This document shows positions 36,585 to 45,405 of a DNA stretch of 64,000 nucleotides, in pieces. Origin of the DNA: an uncultured Pseudomonadota bacterium (GTDB lineage: Bacteria > Oederibacteriota > Muellerivitia > Muellerivitales > Muellerivitaceae); the NCBI GenBank assembly GCA_963770835.1, contig CAVYRH010000004.1, positions 416,001 through 480,000 of the forward strand, read 5' to 3'. The notes under the pieces were generated by a model. That model did no database searches, had not been told where the DNA came from, and saw only the letters and a program-made list of their open reading frames with translations. Position numbers and translations under genes: made by a program. Every line of letters starts with the position of its first letter. Positions within the stretch are counted from its first letter, which is position 1.

Positions 36585-37451
36585 CTATATCGGGAAATGA
36601 AAGGACCTTCCAAGGGTGGCGACCTCGAATTTTAATTTTTGAACCTTGTCGTAACCTTCCACTAAATGTTTTGTTTCAAAAGTGGTTTCTTTTTGAACCA
36701 AGTAAAAATAAAAACGATCCTCATAAGGGATAACAGGTTCCAAGACGGGATTTTCCCTTGAACCAAAAAGGGATTGGATCGCGTCCTCCGGGAAAGACGA
36801 AGGAAGCTGAAAACTCGAATAAGAATCCCTGTCAAGAACCGCGATCGAAACCGCTTGGTTTGTGCCAAGGTCGACCGACCAAATTGTAAATAAGTCGTTT
36901 TTATCGTGGGTGGCCGCATATAAGGCGCCGCCGTCTTTGGGCGGCGCATCGGATAAAACCCCTCCCAATTGATCTTCAGGAAAATCCACAAGGACGCTCG
37001 TGCGCTGCAGATCGTAGTCATAGCACACCAAATGATTGTTATTTAAAAAATAGATCTTTTTCCCGTCCGAGGACCACAGCGGACTAAAGGCTTTTCCGAA
37101 TTCTCCTGTGGCGCGCGAGATATCGGAATTGCAAATGGATTTGGGTTTGCCCTCGAGTTCGAATTGCGGGGTTAAATTGAAGACGGTGATAGCAAAGTCA
37201 CTCGGCTTGACACAGGCGATTTTAGTTTTATCGGGTGATAAGGCCGCTTGACTATAACCACCGCCAATTATTTCCTTCGCGCCGCTTCCATCGCCATTGA
37301 CCAGGTAAATGCTACCGTTATACACAAAAGCAAATTGGAGGTCGGGTGGCGCTATCGATGAAGAAGGGCCGTCGCAACCAATGGCGGAAATAAGCAACAA
37401 AAGGGAGAAAAGGAGTTGAAAGGCAAATTTAACTGACGGTTGTCTTAACAC
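36585..37451 (-). CDS. Lipoprotein with TolB/PD40-like propeller segments
   Basis: Lipobox AIGC; LSPDKTKIA and WSSDGKKIYF repeats. Confidence 0.65.
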   Translation of the reverse strand: MLRQPSVKFAFQLLFSLLLLISAIGCDGPSSSIAPPDLQFAFVYNGSIYLVNGDGSGAKEIIGGGYSQAALSPDKTKIACVKPSDFAITVFNLTPQFELEGKPKSICNSDISRATGEFGKAFSPLWSSDGKKIYFLNNNHLVCYDYDLQRTSVLVDFPEDQLGGVLSDAPPKDGGALYAATHDKNDLFTIWSVDLGTNQAVSIAVLDRDSYSSFQLPSSFPEDAIQSLFGSRENPVLEPVIPYEDRFYFYLVQKETTFETKHLVEGYDKVQKLKFEVATLGRSFHFPI

Positions 37452-37452
37452 A

Positions 37453-37908
37453 TTAGCTCTTGGGAGGATTTGTTGGATTCTGCTTTTTTTTTGCGATTTC
37501 CTGTTGGACCAGGGAAATCCATTCTTTGATTTCTTTTTTGGGCTGGGGCGGGGTAGGAACCAGGGGACGGGGGGGCATGTTGTTCGGGCTTAAAAGGCTG
37601 GGGCCACCCGCCTTGACCTTTTCCTTGGTTTTATCCACATAGGTCTTTTGAAGATCGTCTAAAACTTCCCTTAAAACTTTTTTTTCCTCCACATTCAGGT
37701 TGCCTGATGTTTTTTTGATCAAGGAGCTGATCATGTTGATGGTAATCCTCGCCCGGGGAAGGTTGAGGTCCTTATCCCGGTAATAAGGGTGCACCAACTC
37801 GCCCAGGTCGATCTTGGCCGAGGAAGCCAGCATCAGGACCAGATCGATGAAGTAATAGTCCGTGGTGCCCCAGTCCCGGTTGTCCTTATAATTTTGAGGT
37901 TCAGCCAT
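37453..37908 (-). CDS. DUF1844-like protein
   Basis: F..LV..LA..A...LG, ARITI.M...L..KT.GNL..EE...L...L..L...YV. Confidence 0.75.
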   Translation of the reverse strand: MAEPQNYKDNRDWGTTDYYFIDLVLMLASSAKIDLGELVHPYYRDKDLNLPRARITINMISSLIKKTSGNLNVEEKKVLREVLDDLQKTYVDKTKEKVKAGGPSLLSPNNMPPRPLVPTPPQPKKEIKEWISLVQQEIAKKKQNPTNPPKS

Positions 37909-37961
37909 GGTTTCCCCTAACAGGGTTCTGAAAAGATGCCTTTTCATCCTACCGCTAAAAT

Positions 37962-38597
37962 TCAGTCCTTCTCGCCGCTGACCATTCGAACGGCGCGGAT
38001 CCAGGCATCCCATTCCTTGCCGACGGACTCCTGAGAACGATGATAGTCCTGCTTTTCGAGAAATTCATTTAAATCTTTCAGCAGGCGTTTCAAGGCTTTT
38101 TCACCTGTTTCCCGAAGTCTCTTTTCCTCGGAAGAAACCATTTTTTGGCCAAGCGTTTTTTCCAAATGGGGAAGACAGAGGATGCCTTTTTCAGCAAAGG
38201 CATCACGGAGTTTTTCCGACTCTACCCAGCAATGGGCGAATTCTTTGATGACGGAATGTTCCCGAGCTTTTTCAGACTCGCAAAGGAGGCAGGAGCCGGC
38301 TTCGTCGGACTTCCAGAAACGTGGCTTTAACAAAAGTTCCTTCAGCCCTTTTTCCAGCAGGCTGCCGTAAATGACAGCCATCCCCAAGGATTGGCGCTGG
38401 TGGACTCCCTGCCAGGCGTGGCGGCGGCAGAATCCCTTGGACTGGAAAAGTTTTTCACGGGTGGAGGGGTCGGTAACACATTCGTCGAGAAGGGATTTCA
38501 AATGCTCATAAGCATAAGCCCGTACCACAAAGCAAAGGGGACAACGGTCGGGTTGTAAAATTTCGAGGAAACGGTCCGGGTCTGCGAAGGAGGGCAT
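37962..38597 (-). CDS. DUF6062-like Cys/His (zinc-binding) protein
   Basis: Duplicated CPLC...FCRRH and CLLC...LCLPH motifs; KQDY. Confidence 0.75.
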   Translation of the reverse strand: MPSFADPDRFLEILQPDRCPLCFVVRAYAYEHLKSLLDECVTDPSTREKLFQSKGFCRRHAWQGVHQRQSLGMAVIYGSLLEKGLKELLLKPRFWKSDEAGSCLLCESEKAREHSVIKEFAHCWVESEKLRDAFAEKGILCLPHLEKTLGQKMVSSEEKRLRETGEKALKRLLKDLNEFLEKQDYHRSQESVGKEWDAWIRAVRMVSGEKD

Positions 38598-38618
38598 AAG
38601 CGGCTTTCGGCCCCGGGG

Positions 38619-39170
38619 TCAGAAAATTTTCTTGGACCAGATGCTGGGCTTCGGCTCGACATCGTCCTCGATCCGGTCCTTTACGGCGGTGAACCCGCTG
38701 ACCGGAGAGAGTCCTCCCGTGGGCGGCATTGGTTGGGTAGGCGGATGGTTTTCCTGGTTTTTGGTCCAGAAATACCAGCCGATACCGGCCAGGACCAGCA
38801 CCACGAGAACCCACAAAAGCCAATGGGAACCCCCGCTCTTTTTAACAGGAACCGGGGTCTCGACCGAAGGCGTTTGATTCGGAGTTACGGGTGGGATGGC
38901 CGGGGTAGTAACGCCCTCAGCATTGATAGGTGTAGTGGTAATGGTTGTGGTCGATTTTGGACCTTTTGTCCGATGGATCTTTTCGACATAGGTATGGACG
39001 GGAGTATTCTCGCCCGGCATGGGGGTTTGTTCAGCATTCAAGACGGTTTCTGGGGCTTTTTCACTATTGACGTTGGTTTTACTTGCGCAGGCGGGTAGGA
39101 GGAGAACGGCACTGCCCAGCAAAAGAAGGAAAAGCCAGCTTCGTGTATAGGTGTTCAAAGGTGTCTCCAC
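38619..39170 (-). CDS. Putative lipoprotein with Pro/Thr linker and C-terminal TM helix
   Basis: LLLPAC lipobox; TM HWLLWVLVVLVLAGIGWYFW. Start uncertain. Confidence 0.6.
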   Translation of the reverse strand: METPLNTYTRSWLFLLLLGSAVLLLPACASKTNVNSEKAPETVLNAEQTPMPGENTPVHTYVEKIHRTKGPKSTTTITTTPINAEGVTTPAIPPVTPNQTPSVETPVPVKKSGGSHWLLWVLVVLVLAGIGWYFWTKNQENHPPTQPMPPTGGLSPVSGFTAVKDRIEDDVEPKPSIWSKKIF

Positions 39171-39344
39171 GTTGAGTGTGCTTTCTTCGTTTATTTTACC
39201 TGAGCCAGGGAAGTCTTGGAAGGAAAAGAGGAAGAAAAAGGGCGAAAACAACAAGAAAAAAGAGAAGGTGAAAAATAGTCACTATCGGTAGAGGGGTCCA
39301 GGAGGAGCGCCTACCAAATACATGGTTGAGACTAAAAGCACTTT

Positions 39345-39438
<94 letters not shown>

Positions 39439-39658
39439 ACGGGCTTAAAAGAAAAAGTTAGATTGATTGAAACCAAGGCAAACCAACATCTAATAAAAGT
39501 AAGACTCAACGAAGGCGTAGATCCGGAAGAAAGGAACCTTTAACTCCAATTCTCTATGGTTGTTTTCTTCCCGCCGCTTAATCGGCGCTGAACCTACGGT
39601 TCTCGTCTTTCAACATCGTTCGCCATATCCCGGGGCACCCCAAAGGTGCCTTGGGATA

Positions 39659-39745
39659 TGGCGGAGGGTGCAGGACTCGAACCTGCAAGGGGTTTCCCCC
39701 GGTGGATTTCAAGTCCACTGCCTTACCAATTAGGACTAACCCTCC
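39659..39745 (-). tRNA. tRNA-Ser(TGA)
   Basis: GGAGGGT acceptor; anticodon arm GTGGA-CTTGAAA-TCCAC; variable arm GGGG-GAAA-CCCC; GGTTCGAGTCC; GCCA end. Confidence 0.95.
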
Positions 39746-39919
39746 ACTTGCCCAATTGTAGCCCGTTTCCACGGGCCAAGTCAGGGGGCATATTGTACCC
39801 AAATCCATGGGGGGGACAACCTCTATCTATTCGGGTTTTCCAGGGGTTTAAAAGGATTTAAACGGCTTGAAGGCCCGATAGGCGTTGGGGGGGGTTCCGA
39901 TAAAAAATAAAAAACACTC

Positions 39920-39954
39920 TTGCTATTTCAAATTTAGTTAACTATATAGTTTAC
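39920..39954 (+). promoter_or_regulatory. Promoter with overlapping palindromic operator (probable ArsR autoregulation)
   Basis: TTGCTA-17-TATATA; perfect palindrome AACTATATAGTT (39940-39951) covers the -10 element. Confidence 0.65.
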
Positions 39955-39975
39955 AAGTTTTGAAAGGATTTTTGG

Positions 39976-40341
39976 ATGCGATCCAAAAACGCCACGGCAC
40001 CGCTGGACCATATTTTTTACGCCCTCTCGGATCCGACCCGGCGGCAGATCTTGTCGGAGCTTTCCAAGGGGGAGACGCAAGTGAGCGAACTGGCGGAACG
40101 GTTTGACCTGTCCCTGCAGGCGGTTTCCAAGCATTTAAAGGTCCTGGAACGGGGGAACCTGATTGAGCGCCGCGCCCACGAGACGGACGGCCGGGCCCAG
40201 GTCCTGGCCTTGAAAAGCAAACAGTTGGACAAAGCCACCGATTGGCTGGAGAAGCACCGGCAGTACTGGAACGCCCGGTTCGACGAACTGGAGCGCTTTT
40301 TGGAGCAACATCCGGAACCGAAAAAAGGAGAGGGGAAATGA
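39976..40341 (+). CDS. ArsR/SmtB-family regulator
   Basis: FYALSDPTRRQIL, VSELA, AVSKHLKVLE, W..RFDELE. Confidence 0.92.
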   Translation: MRSKNATAPLDHIFYALSDPTRRQILSELSKGETQVSELAERFDLSLQAVSKHLKVLERGNLIERRAHETDGRAQVLALKSKQLDKATDWLEKHRQYWNARFDELERFLEQHPEPKKGEGK

Positions 40342-40778
40342 CCCAAACGAACCTGGCCTTGGTGGTGCAGCGCAAACTAAAGACCTCCCCGGAGCGGCTT
40401 TTCGACGCCTGGACCAAGCCGGAGCTGTTGATGCAGTGGTTTCATGCGGAAGAAAAGATGACGACCCCGAAAGCCGATACGGACCTGAAGGTTGGCGGAG
40501 CTTGGAGTTTGACAATGCACCATACCGACATCGACGAGTATAGAACCACTAACGGAAAATATCTGATCATAGACCGCCCGAATAAGCTGGTTTTTACCTG
40601 GCATCCCTGCCTGAAGGATTACGAGACTAAAGTCACGCTTCTGTTCAAAAAAGTTTCCGATGGATACACCGAAATGACCCTAACTCACGAAGGGTTGAGG
40701 AACGAGGAAGACTTCAAGGGCCACAATATGGGTTGGGAAGAGATTTTCAATACGCTTTCGAACTGGCTGATGAAATAA
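40338..40778 (+). CDS. SRPBCC/AHSA1 domain protein 1
   Basis: SPERLFDAWTKPE..QWF, DLKVGG, G.Y..IDRP.KLVFTW, GW. Confidence 0.88.
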   Translation: MTQTNLALVVQRKLKTSPERLFDAWTKPELLMQWFHAEEKMTTPKADTDLKVGGAWSLTMHHTDIDEYRTTNGKYLIIDRPNKLVFTWHPCLKDYETKVTLLFKKVSDGYTEMTLTHEGLRNEEDFKGHNMGWEEIFNTLSNWLMK

Positions 40779-40796
40779 AACGAAAGGAGAAAACCA

Positions 40797-41252
40797 ATGA
40801 CCCCAACGAACCTGGTCTTGGTGGTGCGGCGAAAACTAAAGGCTTCCCCGGAGCGGCTCTTTGACGCATGGACCAAGCCCGAACTCATGAAACAATGGTT
40901 CCACGCCGTGGAAAACTGGACCACGCCCATGGCCGAGGTGGATTTGAAACCGGGCGGTGCCTGGAAGGTGGACATGAAAAGGGAAGACGGCTTTATCCAC
41001 CATGCCCTCGGGGAATACCGAGAGATCGACCGGCCTAACAAGCTAGTCTTCACCTGGCATCCTTACGGGGACACCAGCGTGGAAACGGTTGTGACGCTAC
41101 GCTTCAAGAAGGTTGCGGACAACGAAACCGAGCTGACCCTGACCCACGAGGGCTTGCGAAATGAAAAGGAAAAGTCGGATCATACGGCTGGTTGGACGGG
41201 CTGTTTGGACAGTTTGGCAACATTCACGGATTCAAATGGAGAAAAGAAATGA
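40797..41252 (+). CDS. SRPBCC/AHSA1 domain protein 2 (tandem duplicate of protein 1)
   Basis: Same motifs; near-identical 5' DNA to the preceding gene. Confidence 0.88.
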   Translation: MTPTNLVLVVRRKLKASPERLFDAWTKPELMKQWFHAVENWTTPMAEVDLKPGGAWKVDMKREDGFIHHALGEYREIDRPNKLVFTWHPYGDTSVETVVTLRFKKVADNETELTLTHEGLRNEKEKSDHTAGWTGCLDSLATFTDSNGEKK

Positions 41253-41641
41253 AGACCATCACTCAGAAGGTCCAGTTCAAGGCTTCGCCGAAGGAGCTCT
41301 ACGGCATCTTCCTGGATTCCAAGAAGCACAGCCTGGCCACCGGCGCCAAGGCGGCCGTCAGTGCTAAAGTGGGAGGGCCCTTCAAGGCTTGGGACGGGCA
41401 TCTTTGGGGCAAGAACCTGGTCCTGGTCCCGGGGCGGATGATCGTGCAATCCTGGCGGAGCACCAGTTTCAAGAAGGAAGACTCCGACTCGGTGCTCATC
41501 CTCACCTTCGATAAAAAAGGGAGCGGAACCCTACTCACCATGGTCCACGCGGTGGTTCCCGACCACGACGCCGAAGGAATCACCAAGGGTTGGCACCAGT
41601 TCTATTGGGTGCCAATGAAAAAGTACCTCGGGGAAAAGTAA
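41249..41641 (+). CDS. SRPBCC/AHSA1 domain protein 3
   Basis: ASPKELY..FLD, VGGPF.AWDG, IVQSWR, GWHQFYW. Confidence 0.85.
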   Translation: MKTITQKVQFKASPKELYGIFLDSKKHSLATGAKAAVSAKVGGPFKAWDGHLWGKNLVLVPGRMIVQSWRSTSFKKEDSDSVLILTFDKKGSGTLLTMVHAVVPDHDAEGITKGWHQFYWVPMKKYLGEK

Positions 41642-41690
41642 ACGTAGTTCCCCGCCGAAGGGCGGGACATTAATTCGAAGGAGGTGGGTT

Positions 41691-42236
41691 ATGCAAAAGT
41701 TTTGGAAGCAAGGAATCGCGGCCTTGGGGCTGGTGGCCGTTTTGGGAGCGGCCCAATTTTTGAGGGCGGACGAGGAAGCCGGCATGAAGCCCCCGGCCAT
41801 GCCCGCCGAGTTCGACAAGGTGAAGTCGCTGGTGGGTACCTGGAAGGGCACCGCGGACATGGGCGGGGACAAACCCGTCGACGTGACGAACACCTTCGAA
41901 CTGACGTCGGGCGGTTCGGCCGTCATGGAAAAAATCATGGCCGGGTCACCGAAGGAAATGGTCTCGATGTACTGCTCCGAGGGCGGAAAGCTGGTGATGA
42001 CCCACTATTGCTCCATCGGGAACCAGCCCAAGATGAGCCTGCTCAAGACCTCGGACAACGAACTGGATTTCGCGGTCAAGGGCCATGCGGGCCTGGGATC
42101 GGCCAAGGAGATGCACATGCACGGCATGAACATCGTCTGGAAGGACGCCGACCACATCACTGAGCAATGGATGATGTACAACGACGGAAAGGCCCTCGGG
42201 GCCAAGCCTTTCGTGCTGGCGCGGGTGAAAGAGTAA
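41691..42236 (+). CDS. Conserved exported hypothetical protein
   Basis: Strong SD, signal peptide, LVGTW, THYCSIGNQP, HMH. Confidence 0.75.
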   Translation: MQKFWKQGIAALGLVAVLGAAQFLRADEEAGMKPPAMPAEFDKVKSLVGTWKGTADMGGDKPVDVTNTFELTSGGSAVMEKIMAGSPKEMVSMYCSEGGKLVMTHYCSIGNQPKMSLLKTSDNELDFAVKGHAGLGSAKEMHMHGMNIVWKDADHITEQWMMYNDGKALGAKPFVLARVKE

Positions 42237-42261
42237 CCGCCTCAGGAAATCTCAAACCTTA

Positions 42262-42288
42262 GGGGGCGGGAAACCGTCCCCTTTTTTG
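42262..42288 (+). terminator. Probable terminator
   Basis: GGGGCGG-GAAA-CCGTCCCC-TTTTTT. Confidence 0.6.
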
Positions 42289-42305
42289 TTCCAAGGAGGA
42301 TAAAG

Positions 42306-43037
42306 ATAGCCAAGCTTAAAACCATCCACGGCACGAAGGAACACAAGGTGGTCCCGCCCGGGCAATGGCTGGCGGCCCGCAAAAAGTTCCTGGTGAAGGA
42401 AAAAAAGTTCACGAAACTCCGCGACCAGTTGAGCCTAGAAAGGCGCGCCCTGCCCTGGGTGAAAGTGGAGAAGGAATATGTCTTCGACGGGCCGAATGGC
42501 CCGGAAAACCTCCCCGGCCTATTCGGCAAGAAAAGCCAGCTCGTCGTCTGGCACTTCATGTTCGGCACGGACTGGAAGGAAGGCTGTCCCGGCTGTTCCT
42601 TTTGGGCGGACAGTTTCAACGGCAACATCCCCCACCTGGCGGCCCGGGACATCACCATGATGGCTATCTCCCGGGTACCCTTAAAGAAAATCGAAGCCTT
42701 CAAGAAGCGAATGGGCTGGGCCTTCAAGTGGGTCTCGTCCCAAAAGAACGACTTCAACCTCGACTTCCACGTTTCCTCCACCCCCGGGGAATTCAAGCGG
42801 GGGAAGGGCTACTACAACTATAAAACGGTCAACTACGCCTTCGATGAAATGCCGGGGGCCAGCGCCTTCTACAAGGACGACAAGGGGGATGTCTACCACA
42901 CCTATTCCACCTTCGAGCGCGGCATGGACCCCCTCAACGCCGCCTACCAGTACATCGACCTGACGGCGAAGGGGCGCAACGAGCCCGCAAAAAACCCGTC
43001 TAGCTGGTTCCGGCACCACGACAAATACCCCAAATGA
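42306..43037 (+). CDS. DUF899 thioredoxin-like protein
   Basis: WLAARK..L.KEK, RRALPWV, HFMFG, GCPGCSF, RMGW.F.W.SS, D.T.KGR.E, HD.Y. The SD points to an ATA codon at 42306; the alternative start is GTG 42348. Confidence 0.88.
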   Translation: MAKLKTIHGTKEHKVVPPGQWLAARKKFLVKEKKFTKLRDQLSLERRALPWVKVEKEYVFDGPNGPENLPGLFGKKSQLVVWHFMFGTDWKEGCPGCSFWADSFNGNIPHLAARDITMMAISRVPLKKIEAFKKRMGWAFKWVSSQKNDFNLDFHVSSTPGEFKRGKGYYNYKTVNYAFDEMPGASAFYKDDKGDVYHTYSTFERGMDPLNAAYQYIDLTAKGRNEPAKNPSSWFRHHDKYPK

Positions 43038-43876
43038 CCTGGCGGGCCAGCTGCTGCCCCCCGCCCGGCGGGTCCTATGGTTCGGCGCGGTTTTACGCGG
43101 CCACGGCGGTTGTTTTCTCCCTAAGCCTGGGCGCCACCCTCACCCTGGCCCTTTCCATGTCCGGGGGAATGGATATGCCGGGCGGTTGGCGCATGTCCAT
43201 GATGTGGATGCGCATGCCCGGACAAAGCTGGGCGGGGTCGGCCGGGGTTTTTCTTTATATGTGGCTGGCGATGATGGTCGCCATGATGACGCCCTCCGTC
43301 ATGCCCAAGCTCCACCAGTTCCACCGGTCCATAGTTTGGCGAAGGGCCGACCATCCCGGGCTTTCCACGGCCCTGGTGGCCTTGGGCTATTTCGCCGTAT
43401 GGACCTTAATCGGGGCCGGGGTCTATTCCCTGGGCATTCCCTGGGCCCTGGCGGACATGCACCGGCCGGCCTTGAGCCGCGCCGTTCCTTTCCTCACGGG
43501 TTTTGTGTTGATCCTGGCCGGGGCCTTCCAATTCAGCCCCTGGAAAAGCCGGGGCTTAAGCCACTGCCGCGACCTTTTGGTTTATGCCCCCTATCGCAGG
43601 CAACGTAAAGGCCTGCCCGTGAAAATCCTAAAAACCGACGATGCCCTTGCCTCTTTTTCGGAGGGACTCCGCCAAGGCTTATCCTGCGCGCTTTGCTGCG
43701 CGGGTTCCATGGCGGCCTTGGTGGCCTTGGGGGCCATGAATCTGTTCGTCATGCTGGCGGTGGCCGCCGTCATTGCCCTGGAAAAGCTCCTGCCCCAACC
43801 CAAGCCGGTGGTTTATGGGGTGGGGGGGCTGGCAATGATGGCTGGCGTGTTTCTGATGATACGGCCATTGTTTTGA
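43034..43876 (+). CDS. DUF2182 predicted metal-binding membrane protein
   Basis: Met-rich MDMPGG, MW..MM.AMM.PS, GY..VW, QFSP.K...L.HC, CC...M, ALEK. Confidence 0.88.
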   Translation: MTWRASCCPPPGGSYGSARFYAATAVVFSLSLGATLTLALSMSGGMDMPGGWRMSMMWMRMPGQSWAGSAGVFLYMWLAMMVAMMTPSVMPKLHQFHRSIVWRRADHPGLSTALVALGYFAVWTLIGAGVYSLGIPWALADMHRPALSRAVPFLTGFVLILAGAFQFSPWKSRGLSHCRDLLVYAPYRRQRKGLPVKILKTDDALASFSEGLRQGLSCALCCAGSMAALVALGAMNLFVMLAVAAVIALEKLLPQPKPVVYGVGGLAMMAGVFLMIRPLF

Positions 43877-43994
43877 GAACGCCTTTTTGAAAAAAACGAT
43901 CCCCCATTGTGGATTGATACAAATTCGTCTGTTTCGGGCCGGTTACTAACTTCTTCCAAACGTGGGATTCACCCTTTTTCCCCGAAAAACGACA

Positions 43995-44010
43995 TGGCAC
44001 GGCGATTGCT
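43995..44010 (+). promoter_or_regulatory. Sigma54 promoter upstream of the EAL gene
   Basis: TGGCAC-GGCGA-TTGCT, 45 bp before the ATG. Confidence 0.8.
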
Positions 44011-44055
44011 TTTTAAGGGAATGACCCCAAAAAGGTTAAAAGGAAAATACCGCCC

Positions 44056-45302
44056 ATGGAAAAATTGGAAAGCCCCTCAATCGCCGCCCTCGACATCCTG
44101 ACCCAAAAAAGCGTGGACTCCCTTTTCCAACCCATCATCTCCATCAAAAAGATGGGGATCGTGGGCTTGGAGGCCCTGGGCCACGGGGTCGATTGGCAAA
44201 CCCAGAAAATGATCGAACCCCGGAACCTTTACCGGGAATTGGGGGAGAACCAGTCCAAGCTGGCCCTCGACCGGTTGTTCCGGGACAAGGGCCTGGAGGG
44301 TTTCGCCCAAATCCATTCCAAGATTCCGGGCCTCCTCCTTTTTTTAAATATCGAGTCCTCCATCCTGATCCCGGAGGTGGTGGGATCGGGCCATCTCCAT
44401 AAAAGGGTCCAGGATCTCCAGTTGAACCCGAGTACGATCGTCATCGAAATTTCCCCCTCCGAGAACATGAACGCGGACGTCGTCCAAAAATTCGTCGAGG
44501 CGCAAAGGGCGAACAATTATTTAATTGCCCTGGAGGAGGCCAATAACACGAGGTCCTGCCTCAGCCTGATTCGCCGTTTGAACCCCGACATCGTCAAGCT
44601 GGAGGACGCCCTCGTCCAGGATATGAGCCAGGATTCCTTCAAGCGCGAGGGGGTGAAAACCCTCGTCCAGACCGCCCACCAATTGGGGGCCTGGTGATCG
44701 CCAACGGCGTCGAGAACGAGGAAGACGCGCTTTCGGCGCTGGAACTGGGGGCCGACATGCTGCAGGGAAGCTATTTTTCCAAGCCCCAAAAAAGCGACAC
44801 CCCCACCCTGGGCTTGAAGGCCCGCATCGTCTTCATGGGCTCCCGCTACCGCCGGCTGATGGCCGAGCGCATGAGCCGGGACAAGGAACGGAAAAACAAG
44901 TGTCAGGAAATCGCCCTCGCCCTTTTCGAGTCCCTCGAGGACACCACCTCCAACGACTACTATGAGGAGGCATTCGCGAAATTCTTCCCCAAATACCCGC
45001 AGCTGGAATGCCTCTACCTCCTGAACCAGGACGGGGTCCAGGTCACCGAAACCGTCTGCAACCTGAGCAAGGTCCCGGAAAGGCGCCAGTTCCTGTTCCA
45101 GCCGGCCCCCCGGGGGACGGACCATTCCTTGAAGGAATACTATTACGCCCTGACCTACAACAAGCTCAGCCGCTACCTGACGGAGCCCTACATTTCGCTG
45201 GCCTCGGGAAACCCCTGCGTCACTTTTTCCGGGGTCCTCGCGGACAAGGCCGCCGGTAAGACCTATATCTTTTGCGCGGACATCGACGTTTCACAGGTTT
45301 AG
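44056..45302 (+). pseudogene. Degenerate EAL + Cache/PDC-like (YkuI-type) gene split by a 1-bp frameshift near 44690
   Basis: FQPI..EAL..FLN..IEI in ORF 44056-44697 continues as VIANGVE..LQGSYFSKP and TEPYISLASG in ORF 44694-45302. One added base in GGGGGCC restores the frame, so this may be an assembly error. Confidence 0.8.
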
Positions 45303-45405
45303 TTTTGGGTGTGGCGGCCCCTGGATGAAAACATTCGTCGCCAAGCCCCTTGGGTTTGCGGGTACTTTGAGGTTAACCTAACCCCCGGGGTGCCGAATGC
45401 GGATC

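Noticed and set aside
39659..39745. tRNA-Sec or suppressor tRNA
   Set aside because: The anticodon is TGA, which reads Ser UCA, not TCA. The 7-bp acceptor stem and G discriminator are normal.
44690..44700. TGA readthrough (selenocysteine or recoding) in the EAL gene
   Set aside because: The continuation is in a different frame, so readthrough would not restore the protein.
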